A stretch of DNA of 64,000 bases. Origin: a virus. Shown here one piece after another: positions 28,835-38,688 of this stretch (its first letter is position 1; every line of letters starts with the position of its first letter). Under the pieces are notes generated by a model. The model saw only the letters and a program-made list of their open reading frames with translations. It did no database searches and was not told the origin of the DNA. Location of the stretch: positions 96,001 to 160,000 of IMG/VR virus record IMGVR_UViG_3300047564_002155, one strand, 5' to 3'. A program made the position numbers and the translations under genes.

Positions 28835-30631
28835 TTGAAAGATATGAGAAGTTTAAAAGAAGCTTTAGTGTGGGTTGGTGAGAACAAAGCAAAGCCCGCT
28901 ATTTTCGTTAGAACATTGGGTGTTGTTACATTTCAAATGTGTCGTGAGTTGATTGATAGTGGTGCTCTTGATAATGAGGCTAACCGAGATGAGGATTTGG
29001 ACACTCATAAAAAGTATTGGGGTAAACTTCATCACTTGATTCGCTTCGTAAGCGGTATCTCCGAAAAGGGTCAGTTATTGGTGTCTATCTTAAAGGACAA
29101 AGTGGGTGATGTTGGTTTCATTCGTGATAACGGAACATTGTTTTCCTTGTTGTTTGGTAAATACTACGATAGTAGTGTTCTAACAGGTAATGAATGGTTA
29201 ATGATGTGTGAGGACATTATTAAAGATTATGACATCACGAATGAGGATGATAAGTGTGTAATCAATATGATTACTGACTATTTCAACAAGAAGACACCAC
29301 AGGAACTTGATATTAAGTATTCTTTAAAACATTTGATAGATGGCTCTGATGAGTTTCGTGAATTCTTTGACAATAGTCAAATTGCATTTGTTGTTAATTT
29401 ACACACTGTAAAACAATTTGAGAAGGATATGATTAATTGTAACCGACAACCAAATCCGTGGTTGGCTTACAACTACTATATGACTCCTTTGAAACGAACG
29501 GATGAGTACAAAACTTATTTTTGTGGTGACCAACTTTTAGAATATTTTACTAATAAGGTAGGTGCTGATGAATTTACACGAGGTGGGTTGATGTCGGGTC
29601 ATAAAGGATATGCCGAGAAACACAAAGTAGCAAAGATGATACCAATCCTTCAGGCGTACATTGGTTCTCACTATTGTGATACCATTGATGAGTTTAAAAA
29701 GTTTAACGATATGGTCGTTAGTTTTGAAAACGGAACAACCGATGGTAAGGAAACCGAATACTGGCAATCTATGTTTAAGCGTGTCATTTCGGAAGTAAGT
29801 TATGGTGAGTTGACCAAGTGGTACGAAAGTACATATGTGAAGGTGTTTGAATCGGATGATTGGAAGACAATCACCACTACCATTAACAAGATTGTAACCA
29901 ACAATCTAAATGGGAAGCGAATAACGGCTATGGAAGACCTTCACATTAAAAAGTATCATACAGGAATTTTGTTATTCACCTTTGTTTTACACTTCAAACG
30001 AACCAAGAAGTCAGTTGGGATATCAAAGTTAACATCCAAAGTAGTCAATGAGTATTGTAAACTGTTGAATGGTAATGTTGACCACGAAGGTAATCAAATT
30101 AGTGTATGGGAGTATTTTGGAACACAATCTTCGGTTTACTCATCAACGAGTGCCAATGTTAGATTTGAAAAGTTGTTCAAATATGTTTTTAAGAATGTTG
30201 AATCTAACTTGAAAGCTGGCTCTAAAGACCGTGACCATCAATCCGAATATCGTGAGCAGTCACTAAAACGAATTTCAACCTTCCTTGAGTCCGAGGGAAT
30301 GCCTCAACGACTGAAACTATACCCACTATCTACCGATGTGTTGAGTGTTGTAAACTTCAAGACTGGCGAGGGTGTCCAATGGTTACATAAATCACCCAAC
30401 TCAACCGGGGGTGATGCTAAAGATGGGTTTTTGGGTATGACTGATGATAACCTAACGGGTAATCAAAAATACAAGAATTGGAATTGTACACCAAACGAGT
30501 ATTGGGAGATGTTGGTTGAACATAATGAGAAGATGTCTGGCAATTTGAGTCCAATTGAAAAACGGATTGTCGCTTCATCAATTAATACAATTTACCAAAT
30601 CCTTGAAACGGGTTTAAATTTTGGAGCATAA
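28835..30631 (+). CDS. Large hypothetical protein, possibly with a degenerate C-terminal HNH/His-Me finger
   Basis: 598-aa ORF; WLHKSPNSTGGDAKDGFLGMTDDN resembles H..P.S.GG.....N. Confidence 0.5.
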   Translation: MKDMRSLKEALVWVGENKAKPAIFVRTLGVVTFQMCRELIDSGALDNEANRDEDLDTHKKYWGKLHHLIRFVSGISEKGQLLVSILKDKVGDVGFIRDNGTLFSLLFGKYYDSSVLTGNEWLMMCEDIIKDYDITNEDDKCVINMITDYFNKKTPQELDIKYSLKHLIDGSDEFREFFDNSQIAFVVNLHTVKQFEKDMINCNRQPNPWLAYNYYMTPLKRTDEYKTYFCGDQLLEYFTNKVGADEFTRGGLMSGHKGYAEKHKVAKMIPILQAYIGSHYCDTIDEFKKFNDMVVSFENGTTDGKETEYWQSMFKRVISEVSYGELTKWYESTYVKVFESDDWKTITTTINKIVTNNLNGKRITAMEDLHIKKYHTGILLFTFVLHFKRTKKSVGISKLTSKVVNEYCKLLNGNVDHEGNQISVWEYFGTQSSVYSSTSANVRFEKLFKYVFKNVESNLKAGSKDRDHQSEYREQSLKRISTFLESEGMPQRLKLYPLSTDVLSVVNFKTGEGVQWLHKSPNSTGGDAKDGFLGMTDDNLTGNQKYKNWNCTPNEYWEMLVEHNEKMSGNLSPIEKRIVASSINTIYQILETGLNFGA

Positions 30632-30632
30632 T

Positions 30633-31751
30633 ATGAGAGTTTTAGTTATACCAAATTACACCAACTTTGGGGCTGTTAAAGACATCAATAGGGATTCGTT
30701 CCTATTGGTGTTCAAGTCCTTTTTAGATAATACGCAAATTGGTAAAGAGTGGGAGTGGATTCTACCTTATCCTGATTTAGATAATCATCCTGGTATCATC
30801 AACGCATTTGAATACCCGAATGTTCAGTTGGTAAAAATGGATGGATTGGATTCATTTCCACCCAAAATGAGGGTAGATTATCCTCACAAGTTTTTCAATA
30901 GAATCATTGAAAAATACAAAGGTGAATTCAATTTGATTTGGAGTCATTTGCCTGAATGGACTAATGAGTTTAAAGTAACTCGTATCTATAATAAAACTCA
31001 ACCTATTATTGGATATTGTCATTGGTGGGAAATCAAAGATAATGGTGCAAGAGATGATAATTCATTTTGGCGTAATGTCAAGGGTATGTTAGAAATGAAA
31101 GTGTGTGGTGTAAACTCACAATGGGTAAAAGATTTAGTAATCAAACGAGCATCTGAATCATTTCAACCACATATCATTGAGCAATTAGAACAAATTATTC
31201 AACCTTGGTATCTTGGATGTGATTCCGCAACTCCAACATCTACATACGAACCTAAAACTATTTTGTATAATCATAGATGGGGTGTGTATACGGGTTCGGA
31301 ATTCTTTTTTGAGGTAATGGATGAATTATGGAAAACTCGTAAAGATTTCCAAGTGTGGACTACCTTAAAAGAAATGGGTAAACCATATACCAAATATATT
31401 GGTCACGCTGATAGAGATGTATATATGAATCAAATGTCAAAAGCACATTTTGGTGTAGGTACGTTCCAAGGATATTCCGCTTGGTCTATGTCAGCAACTG
31501 ATGGTTTATCTCGTGGAGTTCCATATTTACTACCAAATGATTTTTGTTATCCTGAAATGGTAGGCACTGATTACCCTTTACTTTATAATGGTAAAGAAGA
31601 ATTTAAACAAATGGTTGTAAAACTATTGGATGGTGATATTGAACGACCTGATGTAACTCATATTGCAGAATCCTTGCTTTGGGAACACCAACTAAAAAGT
31701 TGGAATGTAGAAGAAAACTTTGTTAATACCGCACGAAAAGATTTTAATTAA
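30633..31751 (+). CDS. GT-B fold glycosyltransferase adjacent to DNA polymerase
   Basis: IWSHLPE, ILYNHR, WSMSATDGLSRGVPYLLP...YPEM (GT4-like acceptor/donor motifs). Confidence 0.75.
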   Translation: MRVLVIPNYTNFGAVKDINRDSFLLVFKSFLDNTQIGKEWEWILPYPDLDNHPGIINAFEYPNVQLVKMDGLDSFPPKMRVDYPHKFFNRIIEKYKGEFNLIWSHLPEWTNEFKVTRIYNKTQPIIGYCHWWEIKDNGARDDNSFWRNVKGMLEMKVCGVNSQWVKDLVIKRASESFQPHIIEQLEQIIQPWYLGCDSATPTSTYEPKTILYNHRWGVYTGSEFFFEVMDELWKTRKDFQVWTTLKEMGKPYTKYIGHADRDVYMNQMSKAHFGVGTFQGYSAWSMSATDGLSRGVPYLLPNDFCYPEMVGTDYPLLYNGKEEFKQMVVKLLDGDIERPDVTHIAESLLWEHQLKSWNVEENFVNTARKDFN

Positions 31752-34270
31752 TGTATCAAAATGTATACTATGAAAAGGAAAATGGTATCATCCATTGCTG
31801 GGATGACCAAAAAGGTTATTTTACAAGCAAGTACCGTAGATACGCATATGTTAGAGATGGGAATGGTTCTTTTACTTCTATTCACGGAGAGCGTCTTAAA
31901 AAGATAAACTTTTGGAAGCAAGAGGATAATCTTAAACTTTACGAAAGTGATGTAAACGAAATGACTCGTTTTCTGATTGACCAATATGGTGATTCAGATG
32001 AGGTATCTACCGGTCATACTATTCTAACCTTTGATATTGAGGTTGAGATGAATAGTGGTTTGCCGGACATTGATAAAGCAGGTAACGCAATCACTTCAAT
32101 TGCAGGTCACGATTCAGTCACCAACGACTATTTCGTATATGTTGTATCGGACAATTATGTTGACAAAACCATCAAAGGAGCTCAAGTTCGTTCGTTTAAA
32201 ACTGAAGCTGACCTACTTGAATCATTTCTAAACAAATGGCAAGAAATCAACCCAACAATCGTTACGGGTTGGAACATTGACTACTTTGATATTACTTACC
32301 TATACAATCGTTTAAAGAATGTGTTGGGTGAGAGAATGGCTAGTAAACTTTCTCCTATTGGTAAGATTGGATACAACAAATATCGTAATCGTTATATTAT
32401 CGCGGGTGTAAGTTGTTTGGACTACCTTGCTCTTTACAAGAACTTTACCTACCAAGAATTCCCTAACTACCGATTGGATACCATTGCTAATATCGTATTG
32501 GGTAGGGGTAAAATTGAATACAAGGGTAATCTTGACCAATTGTTCCGAGATGATTTGGAAAAGTTCATTGAGTATAACTTGGTGGATGTGGAGTTGGTTG
32601 TTGAAATGGATAGAAAACTTCAGTTCATTGAATTGGCTCAAGCGATTTGTCACGCAGGGCACGTATTTTATGAAGATTTCCTATTCTCATCAAAGTGGTT
32701 GGAAGGTGCTATCCTAACTTTCTTGCGTAGAAGTAATCGTGTAGCGCCAGACAAACCACGAAGAGCGGAAAAGAACGAAGATGGGTCTGATGGTGAGGGT
32801 AAGTTCACAGGTGCATATGTAAAAGAACCCAAACCCGGTCTTTACAAGTGGGTATATGACTTGGACTTGACTTCGCTGTATCCATCTATTATTATGACCT
32901 TGAATGTGTCGCCAGAAACAAAGATTGGTAAACTCAAATCATTCTCTTCGGAAGATTATATGAAGAACAAGATTGAGTCGTATTCAATCGTGGATGATAA
33001 TGGTCGTGAGTTTCCACCGCTAACTCGTGATGAATTTCAAAATCTAATCACGGAATCCAATTATTCAGTATCATCAAATGGTGTATTGTACACGCAAGAT
33101 AGGGTTGGTGTAATACCTGAAATCTTGAATGTTTGGTTTGACAAGCGAGTTGAGTATAAGGACTTAATGAAAAAATATGGTAAAGAGGGTAATAACGAAC
33201 TTTACAAGTTTTACTCTCAACGCCAGTTGGTTCAAAAAATTATGTTGAACTCCCTTTATGGTGTATTGGGTCTACCATCATTCCGATTCTATGATGTGGA
33301 TAACGCAGAAGCTACCACAATTACGGGTCAAACTGTAATCAAGACCACGGAGATGATTGCTAACCAATACTACAAAAGTATCATTGGTAAAGAGGATGAC
33401 TACAATGTATATACCGATACTGACTCCGTATTCTATCAGGCGGCTCCGCTTGTAAAAGCAAGAAACCCACAAATTGATGTGGAGTCTGATGAACAAATGG
33501 TTCCAGCGATTCTATCAGTTGCTCAAGAGGTTCAAGCCCACATCAATAAGGTCTACGACACGATGTCTAAAAAGTTATTCAATGTGGACTTTCACCGATT
33601 TGATATCAAACAAGAAACCATCGCAAAAGGTGGATTTTGGGTATCAAAGAAGAGATACGCACAATGGATTATCAACGACAATACTGTTCCTTGTGATAAG
33701 ATGGATGTTAAGGGATTGGATGTTCGTAGGTCATCATTCCCAACCTACTTTAAGAAGGTGATGGAGACTGTTTTGTTGGATATTCTAAAAGGTGTTGATA
33801 AATCTATAATTGATGATAAACTTATCAAATTCAAAGAAGAGATGTCAGACCAAAACTTTACGGATATTGCAAAGAACTCTGCTGTGAAGGATATGTCCAA
33901 GTATGTAAAGAATCGTAAGGAGTACGCATTGGGTGAATTTGAGAAAGGAACCCCAGCGCACGTTAAAGCTGCTATAACCTATAATAGGTTGTTGAAACAT
34001 TATAACGCTCCTTACAAATATGAACCTATGAAGGATGGTGATAAGATTAAGTGGGTTTACTTAAAAAAGAATCCACTTGGATTGGAAGCTACCGCATTCA
34101 CAGGTCATAACGACCCCCCACAAATCAATCAGTTTATTCAACAATACATTGATGTGGACTTGATTTGGGAAAAGGAGTTGGAGAACAAAATCACCGACTT
34201 CTATGACGCAATGAATTGGGACAAACCAAATCCCAATCTTCTAAAAGCATCGCAATTTTTTGGATTTTGA
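31751..34270 (+). CDS. Family-B replicative DNA polymerase (gp43-like)
   Basis: Exo FDIE, TGWNIDYFD, YNLVD; pol DLDLTSLYPS, KIMLNSLYG, YTDTDS, KKRY. Confidence 0.97.
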   Translation: MYQNVYYEKENGIIHCWDDQKGYFTSKYRRYAYVRDGNGSFTSIHGERLKKINFWKQEDNLKLYESDVNEMTRFLIDQYGDSDEVSTGHTILTFDIEVEMNSGLPDIDKAGNAITSIAGHDSVTNDYFVYVVSDNYVDKTIKGAQVRSFKTEADLLESFLNKWQEINPTIVTGWNIDYFDITYLYNRLKNVLGERMASKLSPIGKIGYNKYRNRYIIAGVSCLDYLALYKNFTYQEFPNYRLDTIANIVLGRGKIEYKGNLDQLFRDDLEKFIEYNLVDVELVVEMDRKLQFIELAQAICHAGHVFYEDFLFSSKWLEGAILTFLRRSNRVAPDKPRRAEKNEDGSDGEGKFTGAYVKEPKPGLYKWVYDLDLTSLYPSIIMTLNVSPETKIGKLKSFSSEDYMKNKIESYSIVDDNGREFPPLTRDEFQNLITESNYSVSSNGVLYTQDRVGVIPEILNVWFDKRVEYKDLMKKYGKEGNNELYKFYSQRQLVQKIMLNSLYGVLGLPSFRFYDVDNAEATTITGQTVIKTTEMIANQYYKSIIGKEDDYNVYTDTDSVFYQAAPLVKARNPQIDVESDEQMVPAILSVAQEVQAHINKVYDTMSKKLFNVDFHRFDIKQETIAKGGFWVSKKRYAQWIINDNTVPCDKMDVKGLDVRRSSFPTYFKKVMETVLLDILKGVDKSIIDDKLIKFKEEMSDQNFTDIAKNSAVKDMSKYVKNRKEYALGEFEKGTPAHVKAAITYNRLLKHYNAPYKYEPMKDGDKIKWVYLKKNPLGLEATAFTGHNDPPQINQFIQQYIDVDLIWEKELENKITDFYDAMNWDKPNPNLLKASQFFGF

Positions 34271-34302
34271 TTTGGATAATTAAAATTAATTTAGTATATT
34301 TG
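34271..34302 (+). promoter_or_regulatory. Bacteroidota-type promoter
   Basis: TTTG-N20-TATATTTG; ATG 4 nt downstream. Confidence 0.8.
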
Positions 34303-34306
34303 TATT

Positions 34307-34510
34307 ATGAATATTGAACAAGCAAAACAAGTATTAAAGGAGAATGGTTACTATGTAGATAATCTCTGGCACACCGATGATGTCCACCAATTTGGTGATA
34401 TTTCAGAGGATGGTGCATATGATGTGTTAAATTCAGTTTTACAAAATGCGTATACCATTGAAAAAATCAATGAAATGCTGCACGATGAATTCTACGAGCG
34501 AACAAATTAA
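34307..34510 (+). CDS. Hypothetical protein
   Basis: 67-aa ORF. Confidence 0.7.
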   Translation: MNIEQAKQVLKENGYYVDNLWHTDDVHQFGDISEDGAYDVLNSVLQNAYTIEKINEMLHDEFYERTN

Positions 34511-35121
34511 TGAGTGTAACCAACTACATAGTAGAATTATGTCCACGAAGTGAGATTGTAAACTTTGTGGAAACTCATCACTATTCAAAAAATATGAATG
34601 GATTACACATTTCATATTGTTTTAAGTTGATGGATGGTGATACTATGATTGGTGCTATGGTTTATGGGTCTTTGGGTATGGTTGGGGTTGCTGAAAAGTA
34701 TACCTCCAACCCATCAAAGATTTTAGAGTTGAAACGACTCGTTTGTATTGATGATACTCCAAAAAATACCGAATCGTATTTTATAGGTTGGACTCTTCGG
34801 TGGTTACAACGAAATACTGATTTGGAAATGATAATCTCATATGCTGATAAAACATTTGGACACGAAGGTGTGGTTTATAAAGCTACAAACTTTGAGTGTA
34901 TGGGTGAAACATCAGCTGGAAGGGTTATTATGTGGAATGGTCGTAGGTATCACGACAAAACTTTAAGAAACAAACACAATGGGAAACTAAAGCCCGTTGC
35001 TATTGAATTGAAAAACGCATTGGATGATGGAAGTGCTCAGTATGTGGAAACTCTTACAAAGAACATTTACATTTACCGATTCAAAAAAAGAAAACAAAAA
35101 ATCCAGCAATGGTTTGGATAA
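34510..35121 (+). CDS. Mom-like GNAT-fold DNA modification protein (copy 3)
   Basis: HHYSK, ELKRL, NTESYF, ISYAD..FGHEGVVYKATNF. Confidence 0.82.
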   Translation: MSVTNYIVELCPRSEIVNFVETHHYSKNMNGLHISYCFKLMDGDTMIGAMVYGSLGMVGVAEKYTSNPSKILELKRLVCIDDTPKNTESYFIGWTLRWLQRNTDLEMIISYADKTFGHEGVVYKATNFECMGETSAGRVIMWNGRRYHDKTLRNKHNGKLKPVAIELKNALDDGSAQYVETLTKNIYIYRFKKRKQKIQQWFG

Positions 35122-35144
35122 TTCAAAATTATTTCGTATATTTG
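35113..35144 (+). promoter_or_regulatory. Bacteroidota-type promoter
   Basis: TTTG-N20-TATATTTG overlapping the stop of the upstream gene. Confidence 0.8.
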
Positions 35145-35166
35145 TCTAAACTAAAAATTAAAAAGT

Positions 35167-35868
35167 ATGAAGAAAAGTTCATTTGAGGGATTTGTCTCTC
35201 GTTATAATCTTGGCGGTGAAGTTGAATCCGTTAAGGTAGTCTCAACTGATGAAGGACTTTCGGTTCGTTTCATCTCTGATGACAAAACCCTTTTGGGTGT
35301 TGTAGAAAGTGAAGATAAGTCATTCCCTAATGGTGAATTTGGTATCTACACTACTTCACAACTAAAAGGTTTGTTGGGTGTTCTTGACGCAAGTGTTGAT
35401 GTAAAATCTAATGAAACTTCATTGGTATTTTCAGACACTAAAACTTCGGTAAACTATGTGTTGGCTGAATTGTCAGTAATTCCAGCAGTTCCAGAACTCA
35501 AGCAACTCCCCAACTTTAATGCTACCATCACTTTGGATGAAGCATTCATTGGGACATTTATCAAATCAAAAGGTGCTTTGAGTGATTCGGATACCTTTAC
35601 CTTTACTTGTACTGGTGAATCAAACGCAGGTAAGATTGTTTTGGGTTATTCTAAAATCAACTCTAACCGAATCTCTATCAATGTAGATTGTGTTTGTGAA
35701 AGTGATGTTCAACCCATTTCATTCTCTGCTAAATACTTGAAGGAAATCTTGAATGCAAATCGTGGTGCTAAAGCATCTTCTATGAAGGTCTCATCACAAG
35801 GTCTTGCTTCAGTTTCTTTTGAACACGAAGGATACAAATCATCTTACTACCTCGTAGAAGTAAAGTAA
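35167..35868 (+). CDS. Sliding clamp (gp45/PCNA-like)
   Basis: 233 aa, EFGIY..SQL..LL, FSAKYLKEIL, KVSSQGL...F......YYLV; located near the clamp loader. Confidence 0.8.
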   Translation: MKKSSFEGFVSRYNLGGEVESVKVVSTDEGLSVRFISDDKTLLGVVESEDKSFPNGEFGIYTTSQLKGLLGVLDASVDVKSNETSLVFSDTKTSVNYVLAELSVIPAVPELKQLPNFNATITLDEAFIGTFIKSKGALSDSDTFTFTCTGESNAGKIVLGYSKINSNRISINVDCVCESDVQPISFSAKYLKEILNANRGAKASSMKVSSQGLASVSFEHEGYKSSYYLVEVK

Positions 35869-37055
35869 TGTTTTGGGATACTGAACCAGCGAAACCTGCG
35901 TTTGACTATGATGTAGAAAAGGGTAAGTTCATTGAAAATATGGACTACCTTTCTTCTATGTCCGTAGAAGAACAAACACTTTACAAAAAGTGGCAGGAGT
36001 GGAACTATGACTTGGCTACCTCTATGAAGAGAAAAGCAGGTCTGGCTCTTCACTATGATGCTCTTTGGATGCCGAAAGACATTCAAAATAAGGAACAAAC
36101 AATCAAAGAAATTGAAGACCTTGAACCTTATGTAGAAATTGTTGATGACCCAAAAGAATCTACTCGCTGGACTGAAATCCGAAAACTAATTCATACGATG
36201 TCTTTTGATGCTAATCCCGGTCGTAATGTAAAGATTTACATTAAGGATAGGGTTAGTGGTAAGATACTTGGAATGATTTCCTTGGCTTCAGATGTCACAT
36301 CATTGGGAGTTCGTGATACCTACATTGGGTGGACCCAAGACAACAAATACAAAGATGGTAAGTTGAATCATACTACTATCGCATCCACAATTGTCTGCAC
36401 CCAACCTTTGGGGTACAATTTCTTGGGTGGTAAGTTGATTGCTTGTATGGCTACATCGGAGGTAGTTCGTAAACATTGGAAAGAGAAATACGGACAAACT
36501 TTGATTGCAGTCGGAACCACTTCTTTGTATGGTATTCACTCTCAATATAATGGTATCCCCCACTTCAAAACCTTGGGAGAATCCGCAGGTAAGGTAGCTA
36601 CAAAGCCAGATGATTCAGTTTACGAACCCTGGCACCATTGGATTAAAGAAAACAAATCCGAAGAGTACGCTATTCAAACTGCTGAAAAAGAAGGTGTAGA
36701 TGGACCTGCTACCGGAGTAAAGCAGAAAGTCATCAATATGATTTTCAAAGAACTTGGGTTGAAAGGTTCTCACTACCAACACGGATTCAAACGAGGTGTG
36801 TATTTCGCACAAATGTATGAGAATGGTAATGAGTTTCTCCGTAATGAGATTACCGAAGACCAACTGATAATGAAGGACAAGTTTGTTCAGAGCGATGAAT
36901 ACACAATGAAGTGGTGGAAACCAAAGGCAATCAAACGATACGAAAAACTACACGAAGAAGGTCGTATCAAACCAGAATCATTATTTTACCTTGATATCAT
37001 TGGTATGTCGTGGGAAGATTGTAAAGAAAAATATCTAAAAGAAGTAGGAAGATGA
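35868..37055 (+). CDS. DUF4338 / DruA-like protein
   Basis: NPGRN, RDTYIGW, QPLGYNFLGGKLIACM, TTSLYG..SQYN. Confidence 0.75.
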   Translation: MFWDTEPAKPAFDYDVEKGKFIENMDYLSSMSVEEQTLYKKWQEWNYDLATSMKRKAGLALHYDALWMPKDIQNKEQTIKEIEDLEPYVEIVDDPKESTRWTEIRKLIHTMSFDANPGRNVKIYIKDRVSGKILGMISLASDVTSLGVRDTYIGWTQDNKYKDGKLNHTTIASTIVCTQPLGYNFLGGKLIACMATSEVVRKHWKEKYGQTLIAVGTTSLYGIHSQYNGIPHFKTLGESAGKVATKPDDSVYEPWHHWIKENKSEEYAIQTAEKEGVDGPATGVKQKVINMIFKELGLKGSHYQHGFKRGVYFAQMYENGNEFLRNEITEDQLIMKDKFVQSDEYTMKWWKPKAIKRYEKLHEEGRIKPESLFYLDIIGMSWEDCKEKYLKEVGR

Positions 37056-37966
37056 GTAATTCATTATGGGTTGAAAAATACCGACCAGATACATTAGAAG
37101 GATATGTAGGAAACGAACACATCCTTGAAAAGGTAAAGATTTACATTCAAAATGAAGATGTCCCACACCTTTTATTGTATGGACAAGCCGGTACGGGTAA
37201 AACCACATTGGCTAAAATCATTACCAATCAGATTGATTGTGATTTGATGTATATTAACGCTTCTGATGAAAACTCCGTAGACGCAGTTCGTGATAAGATT
37301 CGTGGATTCGCATCATCTATGGGTTTTAGAAAGTGGAAGGTTATTATCTTGGATGAGGCTGATTATTTGTCTCAAAACGCCCAAGCGGCTCTTCGTAATT
37401 TGATGGAGACATTTTCAGCATCTACTCGTTTTATTCTAACTTGTAATTTTGTTGAAAAGGTAATTGACCCTATCCAATCTCGTTGCCAAACATTTGCAAT
37501 TACCCCACCATCTAAAAAGGATGTTGCAAAACGATTGAATGATATTCTAACAACCGAAGGTATTGAATTTGAAATGTCAGACCTTGCTGTGCTTGTTAAT
37601 AGTGGATATCCGGACATTCGTAGAGTTCTAAACGCAGCTCAACGACAGGTCATCAACGGCAAATTGGTGATTGACAAACAATCAACTCTTGAAGCAAACT
37701 ACACCGAAAAAGTGGTACAAGAATTGATGTCTAATAATGATGCAAAAACAAAGTTCACCAATGTCAGACAAATTATTGCTGATTCAGGTGTTAAAAGCTT
37801 TGAACCTTTGTATAGAACCCTTTACGATAGAGTAGATGACTATGGGAAAGGTAAAGTCGGACAAACCATCTTAAACATCGCGGATGGTCAGTATAAAGAC
37901 GCTATGGTAGTTGATAAAGAAATCAATGTAATGGCGATGATGTTAAATATTATAACAAGTATCTAA
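37052..37966 (+). CDS. Clamp loader AAA+ subunit (RFC/gp44-like)
   Basis: LWVEKYRP, GQAGTGKTT, INASDE, IILDEAD, AQAALR, IQSRC. Confidence 0.95.
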   Translation: MSNSLWVEKYRPDTLEGYVGNEHILEKVKIYIQNEDVPHLLLYGQAGTGKTTLAKIITNQIDCDLMYINASDENSVDAVRDKIRGFASSMGFRKWKVIILDEADYLSQNAQAALRNLMETFSASTRFILTCNFVEKVIDPIQSRCQTFAITPPSKKDVAKRLNDILTTEGIEFEMSDLAVLVNSGYPDIRRVLNAAQRQVINGKLVIDKQSTLEANYTEKVVQELMSNNDAKTKFTNVRQIIADSGVKSFEPLYRTLYDRVDDYGKGKVGQTILNIADGQYKDAMVVDKEINVMAMMLNIITSI

Positions 37967-37967
37967 A

Positions 37968-38249
37968 ATGGCAAAAGGTAAAGTAATTCCAATGGGTGGT
38001 AAACAACAACCAACTCAACAAGCACCAAAAATCAATGTTGACCCCTTTAAACTCAAAACAGTAACTTGTCCTAATTGTGAAGGTATTTTCTTCACGGAAG
38101 TGACTATGTTTAAAGAAGTTCCAGCGGTAATGTCTCCGAATGGTCAACAATCAATGCTACCAATCCCTGTGGTTGTATGTAATGAATGTGGGACTGTTCA
38201 TCCAAAGTTCACTCCAAAAGAGTTCTTTGAAGGTGGTGAAGAAAAGTAA
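37968..38249 (+). CDS. Zinc-ribbon protein
   Basis: CPNC ... CNECG. Confidence 0.75.
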   Translation: MAKGKVIPMGGKQQPTQQAPKINVDPFKLKTVTCPNCEGIFFTEVTMFKEVPAVMSPNGQQSMLPIPVVVCNECGTVHPKFTPKEFFEGGEEK

Positions 38250-38688
38250 TGATGGTGTAGTAAAAGCCAAAGGGTTATTTGACCACTTGGGTGGTATTAC
38301 TCATCTTAAAACTCCGTGGGAGAGCTTGTCCACGATGGATAAGAAATCCTTTGAAACCTATATGGTTAATCGGTTCTTGTCTATGGGTGTTGATAATGTT
38401 GAAATTGTAAACATTATAAATCAATACACAAACGGACAGCTAACCCCACGAGAGGTTTATAAGTTTTACTTGGATATTCTACCAAAGAAAAAATCATTCA
38501 ACAAGTATATCAAAGGTAAGTCCGAAGACAAGTGGGATAAAAATGTAATCCAGTATTTGTGCAAATACTATGAAGTATCATCCCGTGAAGTTTTGGATTA
38601 CCTTGATATTCTTACCAAGGATGAAATCAAATCAATAATTGTTAAATATGGGATTGACCCAAAAGAAATAGATAAATGGCTAAAATGA
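38233..38688 (+). CDS. Probable clamp loader small subunit (gp62-like)
   Basis: LFDHL..IT, YMVNRFLSM, YKFYLDILPKKK.F.KYIK, YYEVS.RE. The GTG start at 38233 is chosen over 38140. Confidence 0.7.
   Translation: MVKKSNDGVVKAKGLFDHLGGITHLKTPWESLSTMDKKSFETYMVNRFLSMGVDNVEIVNIINQYTNGQLTPREVYKFYLDILPKKKSFNKYIKGKSEDKWDKNVIQYLCKYYEVSSREVLDYLDILTKDEIKSIIVKYGIDPKEIDKWLK

Noticed and set aside
17623-34270. Inteins or introns in RecA, helicase, NrdA/B or PolB
   Set aside because: ORFs are uninterrupted and of normal length, with no intein splice motifs seen
34250-35121. C-terminal QFFGF (PolB) and QQWFG (Mom-like copy 3) as shared clamp-binding motifs
   Set aside because: Plausible for PolB, but in the Mom-like gene the FG* codons coincide with the TTTGGATAA promoter element, so the similarity may be a by-product; not claimed
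35868-37055. A complete Druantia defence system
   Set aside because: No DruE helicase or other dru genes nearby; only the DruA-like gene is present
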